From assembly GCA_020891255.1 (NCBI GenBank), contig BQFW01000013.1, forward strand, positions 2,596,026 to 2,660,025: a stretch of DNA of 64,000 nt, read 5' to 3'. The position numbers and the translations under genes are program-made. This document shows positions 36,968 to 48,819 of the stretch, one piece after another. The notes beneath the pieces are model-generated. The model had not been told where the DNA came from, made no database searches, and worked only from the letters and a program-made list of their open reading frames with translations. Each line of letters begins with the position of its first letter. Within the stretch, counting starts at the first letter, position 1. The stretch comes from Entomortierella parvispora E1425. Its lineage: Eukaryota > Fungi > Mortierellomycota.

Positions 36968-38950
36968 TCAAGACAAAGAGATCTCAGGTACCGTCTCCAC
37001 CGCAGTAAGATCGGTGTCTGGAATGAGATGGGGTGAGGTCAAGGTGGCTGCTAGCTTATCATCATGGGAGCCGGGGTCACTTCCTCCAACAGAGACAGAA
37101 GTCCATTGGGGAATCTGCTGGCCCATCCTAACCATTGCCTTGCGGAAGACCAGTATTCGCTCCAGAACCCCTAGTACTGCCATGGTATTCTCCTCTGTCC
37201 ACATATTGGGAAGCGAGACCGATGACTCTGTGCATAGCTGATAGAAGCGTCCTGGCCTCTGTCGCATGGTGTACAGGGTTATGGTAAGAGCAGAAATACG
37301 AGCCCCAAACGTTACGAGAGTGTCGCGAATGTTCGTCGTCGCCGCATCTCGAACACTGTCATGCATATCCTTGGTCATTTTCGCGAGCTTGCGGGTATCA
37401 TCGAGAGCTTTGCTTCCATTTGGGCCATTGTCTTTTTTGGCTGCCTCGATTGCGCAAAGCTCAAATCGCGAGAGCTTTGTGATGACTAGACCATCCGCCT
37501 TATGGCCAGTATACTGGCGCTCCTCTCGCGTCCGGTTTTTGTTTCGGCGATGGCTCGATGCACGTGAATGAGCTTCACCCGGTTGGTACTCGAGACGGAA
37601 CGGGCAGTGCATCAGCACCCCAATAAAGTGCCACAAGACGTGAGTGTACCAAGATTCTGTAGAGTCCGTGGGTACTACCATCCCTACTTGCCGGTATATT
37701 GTAAACAGGTACTGTATACTGAAGTGAGCCGCCTCCTGGAACTCATCATCCGGCTTCTTCTTTAGACTATTACCAACAGTACGCCAACCGCTGGTAGCCA
37801 GTAAGTTCCGCAAATGGTCTGGTGGCAGATTGTATTTTTTCAAGAACGCTTTCTCCGGTGGTGATAGGGCGGAAAGTTGTTCCGTACTTCGATCCATTAG
37901 GGTAGTTTTGAGGAGTGCTCGGTCCGTTTCATCCGTCACCATTTGCAAGATCCCCTTCACGTCCTCGATAATGAAGGAGTGTAAGGCCGATTCTGATGGT
38001 AGTTTTTCAATGTGGTCCGCCAGTAGGTTGTCTAGAATGGCTCCAGAAGGCAGTTCCCAGGCGTTTCCTTCATATTCGTCAAAATTCTTCCTGAACAGTG
38101 TTCTCATCTTAAGAATCGTAGACGGCGATAGCTGCCCTCCACTGATCGTACTGCTCCTACTGCTGCCACTGCCACTACCGCTGCCGCTGCTGCCATTGCT
38201 GCCATTACTGTTGTTATTGCTGCTGCTGCTGCCTGCCTTGCTCCCTTTTGATTTGTTTTGTGTGACGCTCTGTCGTGGTGGCAAATAGGTTACATCCGGC
38301 ACACTCGCAAGACCAACAGGCGACGTTTCTGGAATCCGAGGTGCAGCAGCAAAGGCAGCCACCAGACTAGGAAAATTGTCGAAATGTTCGAAGACGTTAT
38401 TATTCCCAGCAGTAAAGTAGTCCTTCAGCTTGTTCCACGATCTCACGATGCCAGATGGAGGTGGGGGCGGATCTACATCCAACAGGAAGCTGTGAAAGCC
38501 CTCAATCGTTGGTGCCGGTGCTGGTGATTGCCACATTCTTGCAACGTATTCGACAGCTAGAGTCTCATGCTTGGCCGGGCGACTTCCAAACAACTCAAGT
38601 GCTAGCTGTGCCTTCAGAGAAACGAAGCTATCGTCCTAGAGAAATATAATACACGTGGAAACACTCCTGGATTAAGATGTGACCCCCTCGTACCTCCTTC
38701 GCCCTGAAATGTGGATATTCTTTACAGCTGAAGATATGCCAAGGTTGCTGATGATCGAGTTGTCGCCGTCGCTTACCAGATGGTTATCACTACCGACATG
38801 GTCAACCTTTGCTATTTGCGCACCAGGGTGCTAAAGGTGGTAAGACTTTTAGTTGGCTAACTCATTGTCTCAACTTTTTACAGCGCGATATAACGTCTCC
38901 ATCGTAACATGACTTACATCCAAAGTCTGCTCTGATGGTCGTTTACTCAT
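36968..38950 (-). CDS. Hypothetical protein with a putative C-terminal PD-(D/E)XK-like (CR-REase type) nuclease domain; 5' exons uncertain
   Basis: Open frame 38593-36968 with WELPSGAILDNLL, HSFIIED, ESWYTHVLW, GEAHSRASSHRRN and GHKADGLV...IEAAK. A possible first exon MSKRPSEQTLD starts at 38950 but its phase join is unresolved. Confidence 0.7.
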
Positions 38951-39324
38951 ATTGAGACGACAGTTTCTATTGTCATAATCACCATCAATGAAATATCAGT
39001 GGGTTTCGGACTTAGGATTTCAAAATAATAGGAGTTATCTCAGTTATAGATTATTACCTTTGACAGTACGTCTGTTATGGTTGTGCAGGTGATTGCCGGT
39101 AATTGCGATGAGTTGTGGTGAGGAATGGCGCGAGGCGTTTCATGCATCAGCGCGAAAAGGTGGTTAATTAAAAGTCGAGATGCCTACGTCACCGAAACGC
39201 TGTAGCTGCAAGTTCAACGCGTTGACAAGTTGCCGCAGTCGACACCCATGCACCCAATCACCATTTTGTTTCTCAATTCACATCCAACAATTATCACAAG
39301 GCCAGGATAACAGGATAACGGCGG

Positions 39325-39995
39325 GGGCGAGACAGGAACACAGGAAAGAGTAGGATAGGTAATGGTTTTGTTCGCAAAGGTCATGCATGGCGTTGTGTAC
39401 GGACTTTTGAGACTGAGATGCGAGCGGGGTCCGCCTTGGGTCTTTGAGAAGCTACAGGCTATGCGAGGGCGCTGGACTGCTTCTTGCTACGACCTCTCCA
39501 CTTCCTGTGGTGGTGGTGCTGGATTTGAATTGTTGCTTTCGTTGCTCTGTGGGTCCATGAGGGACGCGTAGGCTATGCGAGGGCGCTGGACTGTCCCTCC
39601 ATATGACCCTGCCACCATGGTTCAGAGCTATTCTCTTGAATTCTTGAATGTGGTGGTGTGCTGCAATTCGAGCAATATATTCTCCATCAGACTCGTGGGT
39701 CCATGAGGGTGAGCAGACAAGGTTGTGAATGCTGTCCCCCTCCATATGACCTCATCCATTTCTCAGGTTCACTCCTCGCTGGGAAGAGCAGGGATCTATA
39801 TCGCGTCCGCAAGAGATCAACTCCTTGGGTCCATGAGAGGCCACAGGCTATGCGAGGGCGCTGGACTACTTCTTGCTATGACCTCACCATTCTTGGTGGT
39901 GCTGTTGATCTTGAGCTGTTGCGAGTTGATTGCTCGTTGGATCCATGAAAGACGCATAGGCTATGCGAGGGCGCTGGACTGTCTTTCCATATGAT
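39325..39995 (-). repeat. Dispersed repeat, right copy, about 1.6 tandem units of about 389 bp
   Basis: GGCTATGCGAGGGCGCTGGACT is exact at 39457, 39571, 39846 and 39959. Confidence 0.88.
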
Positions 39996-41449
39996 CTCTC
40001 TATGGGCGAGGCTTACACCCTCTGCTTATGGTGGCGTTGCAATTGATGCTGTTGTCGTCTTCAGGGATGGCATTGGCTATGGTGATCAGAAGTCTTCGCT
40101 CAGCTGCGGTTGTTTTCACGACTGGGTGATTGGGACCACCGTGCTGTGCGGGTTAATAGCATCAATGGGGCTGTACGGTTATGTTTGGCTATTCCGTTCA
40201 CTAACCATTACTCTTTTTTAGGTAGGAATTTCGGCGTTGGGTCTCTTGATGGAGATGGCTGCTCTATTTCACTTGGGTTTGGCGCTCAGGATTATCGGAA
40301 GCACTCCATTGGACTTGTTGACGTGCTGTTTGTTGCAACGGTATCCCTCGACCTCTGAAGAAACGGTGAGCTAGTCGCTTGTAGTGGATGGTGAGTAGAG
40401 TCGACCGCCTGTGCAGTTGTGTCGTAGTGGATTTACATCTCTTGTATTCTTACATGTAACGAAAGGAATAAAGTCCTAGCTGCCACTGTACCTTGCGATC
40501 CCTTCTTGTACAGTGCACATCGTCGGTCTCGTAGAATCCTTGCATTTAGCCCCATGTCCCATTGGTAGTTACTCTTTAGCAGAGACGCCGAACACTCCTT
40601 CCTCTTTCCATTGTGCAGATCGATTACAGGTTGAATTGATTGCTCATAGCGCGTTTATTATTGAAGGCAGACGATAGTTCTCTCCACCTCTTTCACTTCT
40701 CTCTCCACCTTCTCTTCCCTCTCTATCCCCTCCTCTCTCCCTTCCATTTCATGGTAGTATTAATGGTATCTTATTATTTATTATAACCACGGAGTATAAT
40801 ATATACCATACCTTCACGCCTCTCAAGATTGTTACAGAGATCCCTATAGGAGTGTTGCAGTATCCTAGCTGTGCGAATTGTCTCTTGTTCCTGCCAAAAA
40901 TCATCTTTTTTTCGGTAGACCTTCCATTGTTTTTGGAGTTGAAGGCCTGTCTGATGAGCACAAAGTGCTCGCTGGCGATCATTCGGGGATGACTATATAG
41001 GCCTGCAGATGATGAAACTCTTGCTTCTTTCCAACCCCACGAAAGAACTCTCGCATCGAAATCTGCACGTGCCGTGGAGGTAAAGTATTGCACCTGCGCG
41101 AACCTCTCACATAAAACGAGTCGCTGAGCCAGGTTGATGGGTGACAAAACAAGATCTTGCCAGAACCTCATCTGCCTCGACGGGAATCATGCCAATCCCA
41201 ACGCACTGAAGTAATGGGCTGGTTTGAAAGCAAGCACAACAAAAACAAACAATTTGTGGGTGCCAAAATAACAATCAGAATCAGACCATCATCGACGCGG
41301 CACAGTCTACAAGCAAGTGAGCGGGTGAAAGAGACAAAGCGAGACAGAGAGCGACGGACTGGGAGAGTGAGAGTGAGAGAAAGCGAAGAGACAGAGAGAG
41401 TCAAGAGCAGAGAGAGAGTGTGTGAGAGAGACAGGGTGAGAGTGACTGA

Positions 41450-41780
41450 GGCAGAGATTGAGTGAGTGCCTTTTGGAGAATAATGCGTCCCTGAACTCGC
41501 CGTCTGTCTCCCTCCTTTCTCTCTTCCTTGACATCTCTCAACACTCAACTCATTTCTTGCATCTAACTTGCCTCGTCTATTGCATCCCTCTCGTCTCTTG
41601 CACGCTTGCATCCAACTCACCAACTCATCTCTTGTGTCCCTCGACTCTCTCGCCGTTCTTGTATCCTGCATTCCACAACTGTTGTATCCTTCCCTTCCCT
41701 CTCTTGTCTCCTGCATCTCTCTCGTCTCTTGGATTCCTCTTCTTTTTTGCATCTCTCTCTCTCGTCTCTTGCGTTGCTGT
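41450..41780. repeat. Pyrimidine-rich 'tcttgcatc' subtelomeric satellite
   Basis: Same motif family as 48820-49430 and 61990-62480. Confidence 0.7.
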
Positions 41781-41802
41781 TGGAAAAAATACATGTATTT
41801 AC

Positions 41803-43245
41803 TTAACGCTGACTTCTCATTGCCAGAAATGTGGCCATTCCAGAGAACACTAGTAAAAGACTACAGGCGCTCGAGTACTGCGCTAAATTTGAGTTAGGAA
41901 AGTAACCCTGCATATCGCCCATAGACATGGTCATATTGACCGGATTTGGAGGAGTACTGCTGGCAAGGTCGCTGGACTGCATATCTTGAAAGCCCATGGC
42001 ACAGGTCACTAAGCCCACTGCATAGACAGACTTGCCCAGGAAGCCATGGAATTGTCTAAATACACGCTTGTGCTCTGCGGTCTGTTTCTTGCGGGCGATG
42101 TGAACGTGGAACCCTGCCAAGATTTGGAGGGTCCAGAGGAGTAAAAAGACTATCCCGGTCCATGAATGGGCGCTGTAGAGCGTAAAGAATGGAAAAACGA
42201 CTGGTTGAGGCGAGAGTTTCTTGTAGTAGACAATGGCGCAGAGTCCTCCGACGGCACAGATAAGTCCCAAAAGATGGCAAGCGACGTGGTAATATCTATC
42301 ACCAAAAAAAAAATAACATTAAATATTTGCGAAGGAATGTTTACATTGTCCAAAAATACGCGTGATGATCGATCGTACTTGATGAGGGTGCGATTCTTGG
42401 TTAAGAAACCGATCAGCGGCGAGGAATAGGCTAGGAGGGCCTCCTGTGTAAAAACCACAATGAAGAGAGACATGAGGAGAGCGTGCCAACCAAACAGGTT
42501 CGCCTCCTGGAAGCCAATACCGCCCTCGGCCTGATAGATCCATAAGAAGAGGATGATCAAGAAGATGACGGCGATAAAACGTGGCAGTATCGATCGAGTA
42601 AACGCATAGGGGGTTCTTGAGGGTTTCGGTTCCACTTCGGCGTCGATTTGACTGATTTTGCCGCCATCATAGTCAGTGTGTCCTTGTTTGCCAAAGCACA
42701 GGAATCCAATGAACGATCCTCCGACAGCAGAGAGCAGCAGGGATGCGTTGAAAGTCATGACGATCAGCATGAGGACCCAGCCAAGGAGGAGCTCGAATGC
42801 TCCCAGAGCTGCCAAAGGCAGTCGTTCCTTGTAAATTTGAAAGCGCGAAAGACTAACGCCTTGCTGGGCGCATTCATTGGTATGCTTTTTGTAATTTTCT
42901 AATGTGTATAATATATCTCACTATTAGTTAGTTGGATCCATAGAGTTTGTTTCGAGAAAAAGAAAAGGTTTTCAAGAGCAGTATTTCACCTTGCAAGCTG
43001 AAAACATAGTTCGAGACAGCAACACGTAGAGTAGCGAGCGCAACGGTAAAGACGATGGTGCCGAAATATCCCGCTGCGCTGGAGATCATCCACGATCTGA
43101 AAAGAATGTTATCTCCTAGGCCAAAGTGCAAGAACTGGTTGCAAGCAGAGAAGGGCTTAGTTGTCATCCTACAAACAATTATACGATTGTGCAAAAGCAA
43201 GGCACCTACCATCGAGCCCATTGTTGTGGATCCATTCATGTCCAT
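41803..43245 (-). CDS. Ctr copper transporter-cytochrome b561 fusion protein, 397 aa
   Basis: Exons 43245-43210, 43134-42990, 42898-42379, 42295-41803 (1194 nt, in frame). Ctr part: MDMNGSTTMGSM|FLHFG..DNILF..W, LMLIVMTFN (MxxxM), GSFIG (GxxxG). b561 part: GWH, YYH, SAHSWTG and FHGFLG. Confidence 0.88.
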
Positions 43246-43603
43246 TTTGCTATTTCTTCTTAAGCAGAGGGAGGATTTCTGGAGCGGAAAGTGAAGTGAG
43301 GACAAGTGCGAACAACGCAGCAGGGAAAGGGATGAAGAGCGAGAAAAGAAAAGAAGGTGAGAAAAAGACAAAAGGGTGGGGGTGAGATGACAACCACGAT
43401 AAAGTTATGACAGGGCCAGGGAAAAAATGACAGGGTCGGGAATATTTGACAAGGTTGCCTGACATTCAACTTTTAGCAGATGGAGGACCTCAGCGGTTTT
43501 TTGACATACTTTAGCCGGCCGTTTTCTATTGGACAACTCCTTCTGCAGCACCGGAGTAATCCTCGGACAACATCCAAAATGGAAAGTGCGTGGCAGATGG
43601 AAC
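42802..43603. repeat. About 800-bp tract identical to 46033-46834
   Basis: Six-frame translations are identical at offset 3231; by eye, differences appear only outside the tract. Confidence 0.9.
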
Positions 43604-43874
43604 AAAGTAAGGCAAAACAAGAGAGCTGTCAGATTGGCAAAAAATATTTTGACAGACTCGATCCGACTCGGTCTGGGCACGCAAACGTCAAAATCAGGGC
43701 ACTCGCACAATCCAGACCGATGGACCTGGAAGGCAAAAAAGAAAAAAAAAACACAAGCACAACAGTCACGCACCTCTTTATTTCCTTGCAGAGCAGGAAA
43801 TAACGACAACAGCTCGCGCCATTGCTCATGCTTCTTGGTCCTCTCCTTCTTCCATTATTATCCCCTTACGACGC

Positions 43875-45730
43875 TTGCGTTGGTGTTTCTTCAAACCGTC
43901 TGCTTTGTTTCGTGGAACGCAAACCATGTCAAGTACTCCCCCTGTCTGCATGCACTCTGCCATTACAATTGGAACCTCAACGTTGCAATCAAGTTCAAGA
44001 AAATCAACGGACTTGCAAACTATGATACACACAGACCCTTCCTCTGGGGCGTCTCCATTCCCGACGTCAATCAGGATGCAATCAAAATGCTCAGTGTCCT
44101 TGAAGTGAAGACCGAGCTGAACAAGCAGGCGATTGTTTCCCAAGAACCTCGATGACAACACCGACTTCGTTGCCCAAGGATCACCATCAGGTAATGTCTG
44201 CGTTTTTCGTTAATGCTGCGAAAACTCCTGTACATGCGCTCATACAAACTACTCTTGCTTCTAGGCGTAATGGTTGTGTATCAGCATGCCAACGTAACCA
44301 TGGCAGCGGCGCTCAGTCCGATGTCCATAATCCAGTATCTGCTCATCCCTCTTCAAGGTCTCCCAGCTTCCCCCTCTCTATACTCAGATAAGCCTGGTGA
44401 GTCAGCTGCGCGTGTCCTGCTTAGGTGCACCTATTACCGTCTTGCTCATCTCTTTAGAATAGTCGCATTGACTACCATAGCAACAGGACTTATTGTATGC
44501 GGCAGGATCTCGTGGAACAGGATCTCTGGAGCAGGGAAGAGCGGACAGTAATGGCTCATTCGGCTTGCCAAAATCTGCACATTCTAGAACCCAACAAGTG
44601 GTGCAGATGACATCCTGACCAACTATTCGTGGGTCCATCAGCGTCCTGGGATGCAGCTGAAAACATGTGGCCTTTACGTCAAAGCGCATAAGAAGGATCC
44701 CGGATTGAACGACATGCTTGCGTTGTACGGGCGTTGTCAGATACCCCCCAAATCCATTCAAAGAACAACGAACAACAAATCATGGACCGCGTGCGAGATT
44801 TGACATTCGGTCTTCTGTATTTGCAGCTTTTGATTCTGGAGTACAGAGAGAGTATCCACCAGATTCGCCCTCGCCCTCCTGCAGAAGGTGGATACTTCTG
44901 CAAGGCAGCACCAGCCTTCTTGTATGTGCTTGGGGGCCTTTTCAAGGATGTCAGACTGGTGGCTCACGGCTTCCGACTGGTGGAACCTTAGTATCACCAA
45001 CCCTGTGCGTGGACTTGCATGAAAGAGGAACTGAGGCGACCTTTTGAACATGCACCACAGGCACGGCCAGGTTTTATTTTGATTCTGGATGATGTTCAAG
45101 TGCTGGGAATGCTCCCGATGGACCGCCTCTCAACATTGGACATACAACCATTCGGCCCGCACTGGTTCATCTCTACGAGTTCCAGTGAGGTTCAAAAATA
45201 CAGGACGAAGTCAGGATTCGCAACCATACGTTGAGATGCGGAGTTGAGTCCATTATTTGAAGACTTACTTTGGAACAACCATCCGACGAGTGGACGAAGC
45301 ACCTCAACGACTTAATGTATCGAATGACAACAGATTTATCTCAATCAGCACTATTGACAAGGAACTCATCCACGATAACCTATGTTCCAAACTCGTCGGC
45401 ACTCCTCCCAGTCGAGGACGTTTCGAAAATATTTGCCCCTCGATTTCAAAGTATCAAGGACAGATTAGCCATTATCATGGAGGGGGCTCTTGACGTACAA
45501 GGAAGGCTTCCTAGAGTTAGCGGGGGATGTGTTTAACCTGATTCGAGGATACTCAGGCTACTCAGCGACCTATGAGTGGTCATGTTCATGGAAGCAGAGA
45601 TATCATTAGATAGGGAAGCACAATACGGACCGCCTGGCACGAAGTCATGAGCTTGGGACAGTTTCTGGATATTCATTTCTGTCACGATCCAGGCACTGGT
45701 GCTCCAGACATCATGTTTGCATTGTTCAGC
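43875..45730 (+). pseudogene. Degraded Crinkler-like gene (Ubl N-terminus plus P-loop NTPase)
   Basis: RPFLWGVSIPD (CRN LxLWxVSIP-like), ISGAGKS (Walker A) and FILILDDVQ (Walker B-like) in broken frames. Confidence 0.6.
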
Positions 45731-45896
45731 CAGGCTATGAAGCAAACTTTACGTGCTGATTCAAGGAAGACATGCCGAAATGTTCAAGCGACAAAATAAA
45801 GAGCCATGGGCATCGACATCAATCATATTAGCGCATAATTGCTCTATCAGTCATATGGATTACATTGTGCTTCCCTTTTTTTTTTTTTTTATTATT

Positions 45897-46476
45897 TCAG
45901 TGAAAAAAACCTCGCCTTCGACCAAAGCACAGGACTCCAATGACCGATCCTCCGACAGCAGCGAGCAGCAGGGATGCGTTGAAAGTCATGACGATCAGCA
46001 TGAGGACCCAGCCAAGGAGGAGCTCGAATGCTTTCAGAGCTGCCAAAGGCAGTCGTTCCTTGTAAATTTGAAAGCGCGAAAGACTAACGCCTTGCTGGGC
46101 GCATTCATTGGTATGCTTTTTGTAATTTTCTAATGTGTATAATATATCTCACTATTAGTTAGTTGGATCCATAGAGTTTGTTTCGAGAAAAAGAAAAGGT
46201 TTTCAAGAGCAGTATTTCACCTTGCAAGCTGAAAACATAGTTCGAGACAGCAACACGTAGAGTAGCGAGCGCAACGGTAAAGACGATGGTGCCGAAATAT
46301 CCCGCTGCGCTGGAGATCATCCACGATCTGAAAAGAATGTTATCTCCTAGGCCAAAGTGCAAGAACTGGTTGCAAGCAGAGAAGGGCTTAGTTGTCATCC
46401 TACAAACAATTATACGATTGTGCAAAAGCAAGGCACCTACCATCGAGCCCATTGTTGTGGATCCATTCATGTCCAT
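45897..46476 (-). CDS. Stand-alone Ctr copper transporter, 137 aa, ending RRRGFFH
   Basis: Exons 46476-46441, 46365-46221, 46129-45897 (414 nt). MxxxM and GxxxG are intact; it has its own stop codon. Confidence 0.85.
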
Positions 46477-47399
46477 TTTGCTATTTCTTCTTAAGCAGAG
46501 GGAGGATTTCTGGAGCGGAAAGTGAAGTGAGGACAAGTGCGAACAACGCAGCAGGGAAAGGGATGAAGAGCGAGAAAAGAAAAGAAGGTGAGAAAAAGAC
46601 AAAAGGGTGGGGGTGAGATGACAACCACGATAAAGTTATGACAGGGCCAGGGAAAAAATGACAGGGTCGGGAATATTTGACAAGGTTGCCTGACATTCAA
46701 CTTTTAGCAGATGGAGGACCTCAGCGGTTTTTTGACATACTTTAGCCGGCCGTTTTCTATTGGACAACTCCTTCTGCAGCACCGGAGTAATCCTCGGACA
46801 ACATCCAAAATGGAAAGTGCGTGGCAGATGGAAAAAAATAAGGACTCTGCTGGGCCTTGAGAAACAAAAATAAATCAAAGAGAGCTGCCAGAGCTGTCAG
46901 CAGGTTTCCAAAAAATATTTTGACAGCAGACTAGGTCTGGGCACACAAACGTCAAAATCAGGGCTCTCGCACAATTCAGACTGAGCGCTGTGGCCAGAAC
47001 TTTTGCAAGGACCTGCACCGTGTTATTTTGTTGCCCGCAACTGATCGTTCCTGAACTGTGCCTCTCTTCTTGCCTCCCACCTCTGTCAATCCCTCTAAGG
47101 CTCAAAATCAGTCCCAACTGGCGATTCATTCTTCTGCTTTATCAGTCACTAGGATTGAGTTTTTGGTGTTGATTTACATTCCAATGGCAAGGTACGGTGT
47201 TTATTATTACCAAGTCGAGAAAGGCTCAAGTAGCACTGAATCAGTTAGGTCCTGGAACGTGAACGCGCTCCAGCTCTTCTGTCATCCGAGGGCGACGCAA
47301 TGCAGCTGATACAGTAATTCTCGCCTCATACGATTATATGTCAAGGTCTACGGCTGTTTATTTTGTCACTTGAACTCTTTAGCATGCCTTTCTTGAGTT

Positions 47400-48660
47400 A
47401 GCGCTGAACAATTCAAACATGATGTCTGGAGTACCAGTTCCTGGATCGCTCCCTACAATAAAAGTAATATTGGAGCGAGACTCGCCAACTTTAGGAAAGA
47501 GCGGTGGCACAATACCTCCATCGTTCCCAAAATCATGACAGAAATGAACATCCATAATCAGTCCCCCCCAAGCTCATGACTTCTAGTATGGGAGTCCGTG
47601 TCATGCTCCCATATCTAATGATGTCTGGTTTGCCTAGGGACATATCATGTAGATGCATCGCGCCGTTGAAAATGTCTTTTGAGACGACCTTGTCATGGAG
47701 TATCCCTTTCAAGTTTGCTGATATAAAGAAATCCCGATTCCACCTATGAGCAGCCTCCTGAGAACATGTTGCCTGCATGTAACGTTGGCGCCGAGCCAAA
47801 AGCATTCAGGAACCGTTCTCAAAAAAAAAAAAAAAAAAAGGTCTGCTTCCATGAACATGACCACCCATAGATCACTTACTGAGTTGCCTGAGTCCATGCA
47901 TCCTCAAATCAGGTCAAATGCAACCGCCACCCACGCCAGGAGAGCCCTTCCTTCTACGTCCAAAGCCCGCCTTGAATGATGGAAGCTAGTATGTCCTTGA
48001 TACGTTGGAATCGGTCGAGGGCGAGTTTGGCACAGAGGTCATCGTGGATGAGTTCCTTGTCAATAGTGCTGAATGAGATAAATCTGCTGTCATTCGATAC
48101 ATAAAAGTCGTTGAGGTGCCTCGTCCACTCGTCGGATCGTTGTTCCAAAGCAAGTCTTCAAATAATGGATGAGCAGAATTGGTGGCGCAAGTCGCAACAG
48201 AGCCTTTGACCTCATCCTGATGAAGAAGACTGGCGAGCCGAGCCCTTGCTCCAAAGCCCAGTGCTCGATCCTGATCTAACAGGTTTTGTTATTCGTGCAT
48301 CAGGAAAGTCAGCCAACCATTCTGGCAGTCTTTGCTGCATGAAGTTCATTTGCTGAAAAATTGGTACCTGATGAAGAGCCACTAGACCATTCCAGCTCGT
48401 GTCTCAAGGCATGGATGCGAATCTTGACCTCGTCCAACATGGTTGCAACTGGCTGGAATTCGTAGAGTTGAACCAGTATGGGCCGAATGGTTGTATGATC
48501 AATGTTGGGAGGTAGTCCATCGGGTACCTTCCCAGCACTTGAACATCATCCAAAATCCAAAATAAAGCTGACCATGCCAGAGGGGGAAAGAATGTCCGAA
48601 GGTGGAATGAAGGAATGAAGAGAAAGAGATTCACTGCTGTATTTGATTTTGCATTCGAAT
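47400..48660 (-). pseudogene. Inverted, diverged partial copy of the 45.0-45.7 kb CRN-NTPase pseudogene segment
   Basis: Reverse complement of 48000-48170 matches 45250-45400; WILDDVQVLGRYPMDYL parallels LILDDVQVLGMLPMDRL. Confidence 0.7.
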
Positions 48661-48819
48661 GCTTCATGGGGGTGCATATGGAGCATGTGATTGGTTGTCA
48701 TGCCGAACATGCAACAATGGCATGATCGAGTGTCTCGCGCGTACAGGACAGCTTGGACATCAAGGTGCAGTGGCCCTTCAAAACCCACGCCTCTTCTCTT
48801 CCTCTTCTCCGGGGAGAAA

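Noticed and set aside
39457-39980. CRISPR-like look of the 22-mer repeats (also the 31-bp and 130-bp arrays)
   Set aside because: Spacers are 90-250 bp and homologous to one another, the host is eukaryotic, and no cas genes are present.
40749-41171. Possible non-LTR retrotransposon fragment
   Set aside because: No RT or endonuclease motif recognisable; left unassigned.
42928-43371. Unspliced 147-aa ORF as the true Ctr product
   Set aside because: It reads through a 75-nt in-frame intron and stops in intron 2 before MxxxM; the spliced model restores the Ctr motifs.
43246-43750. Copper-response elements upstream of the Ctr genes
   Set aside because: No exact Mac1 TTTGC(T/G)C(A/G) or Cuf1 CuSE match found by eye; only loose GCTG repeats.
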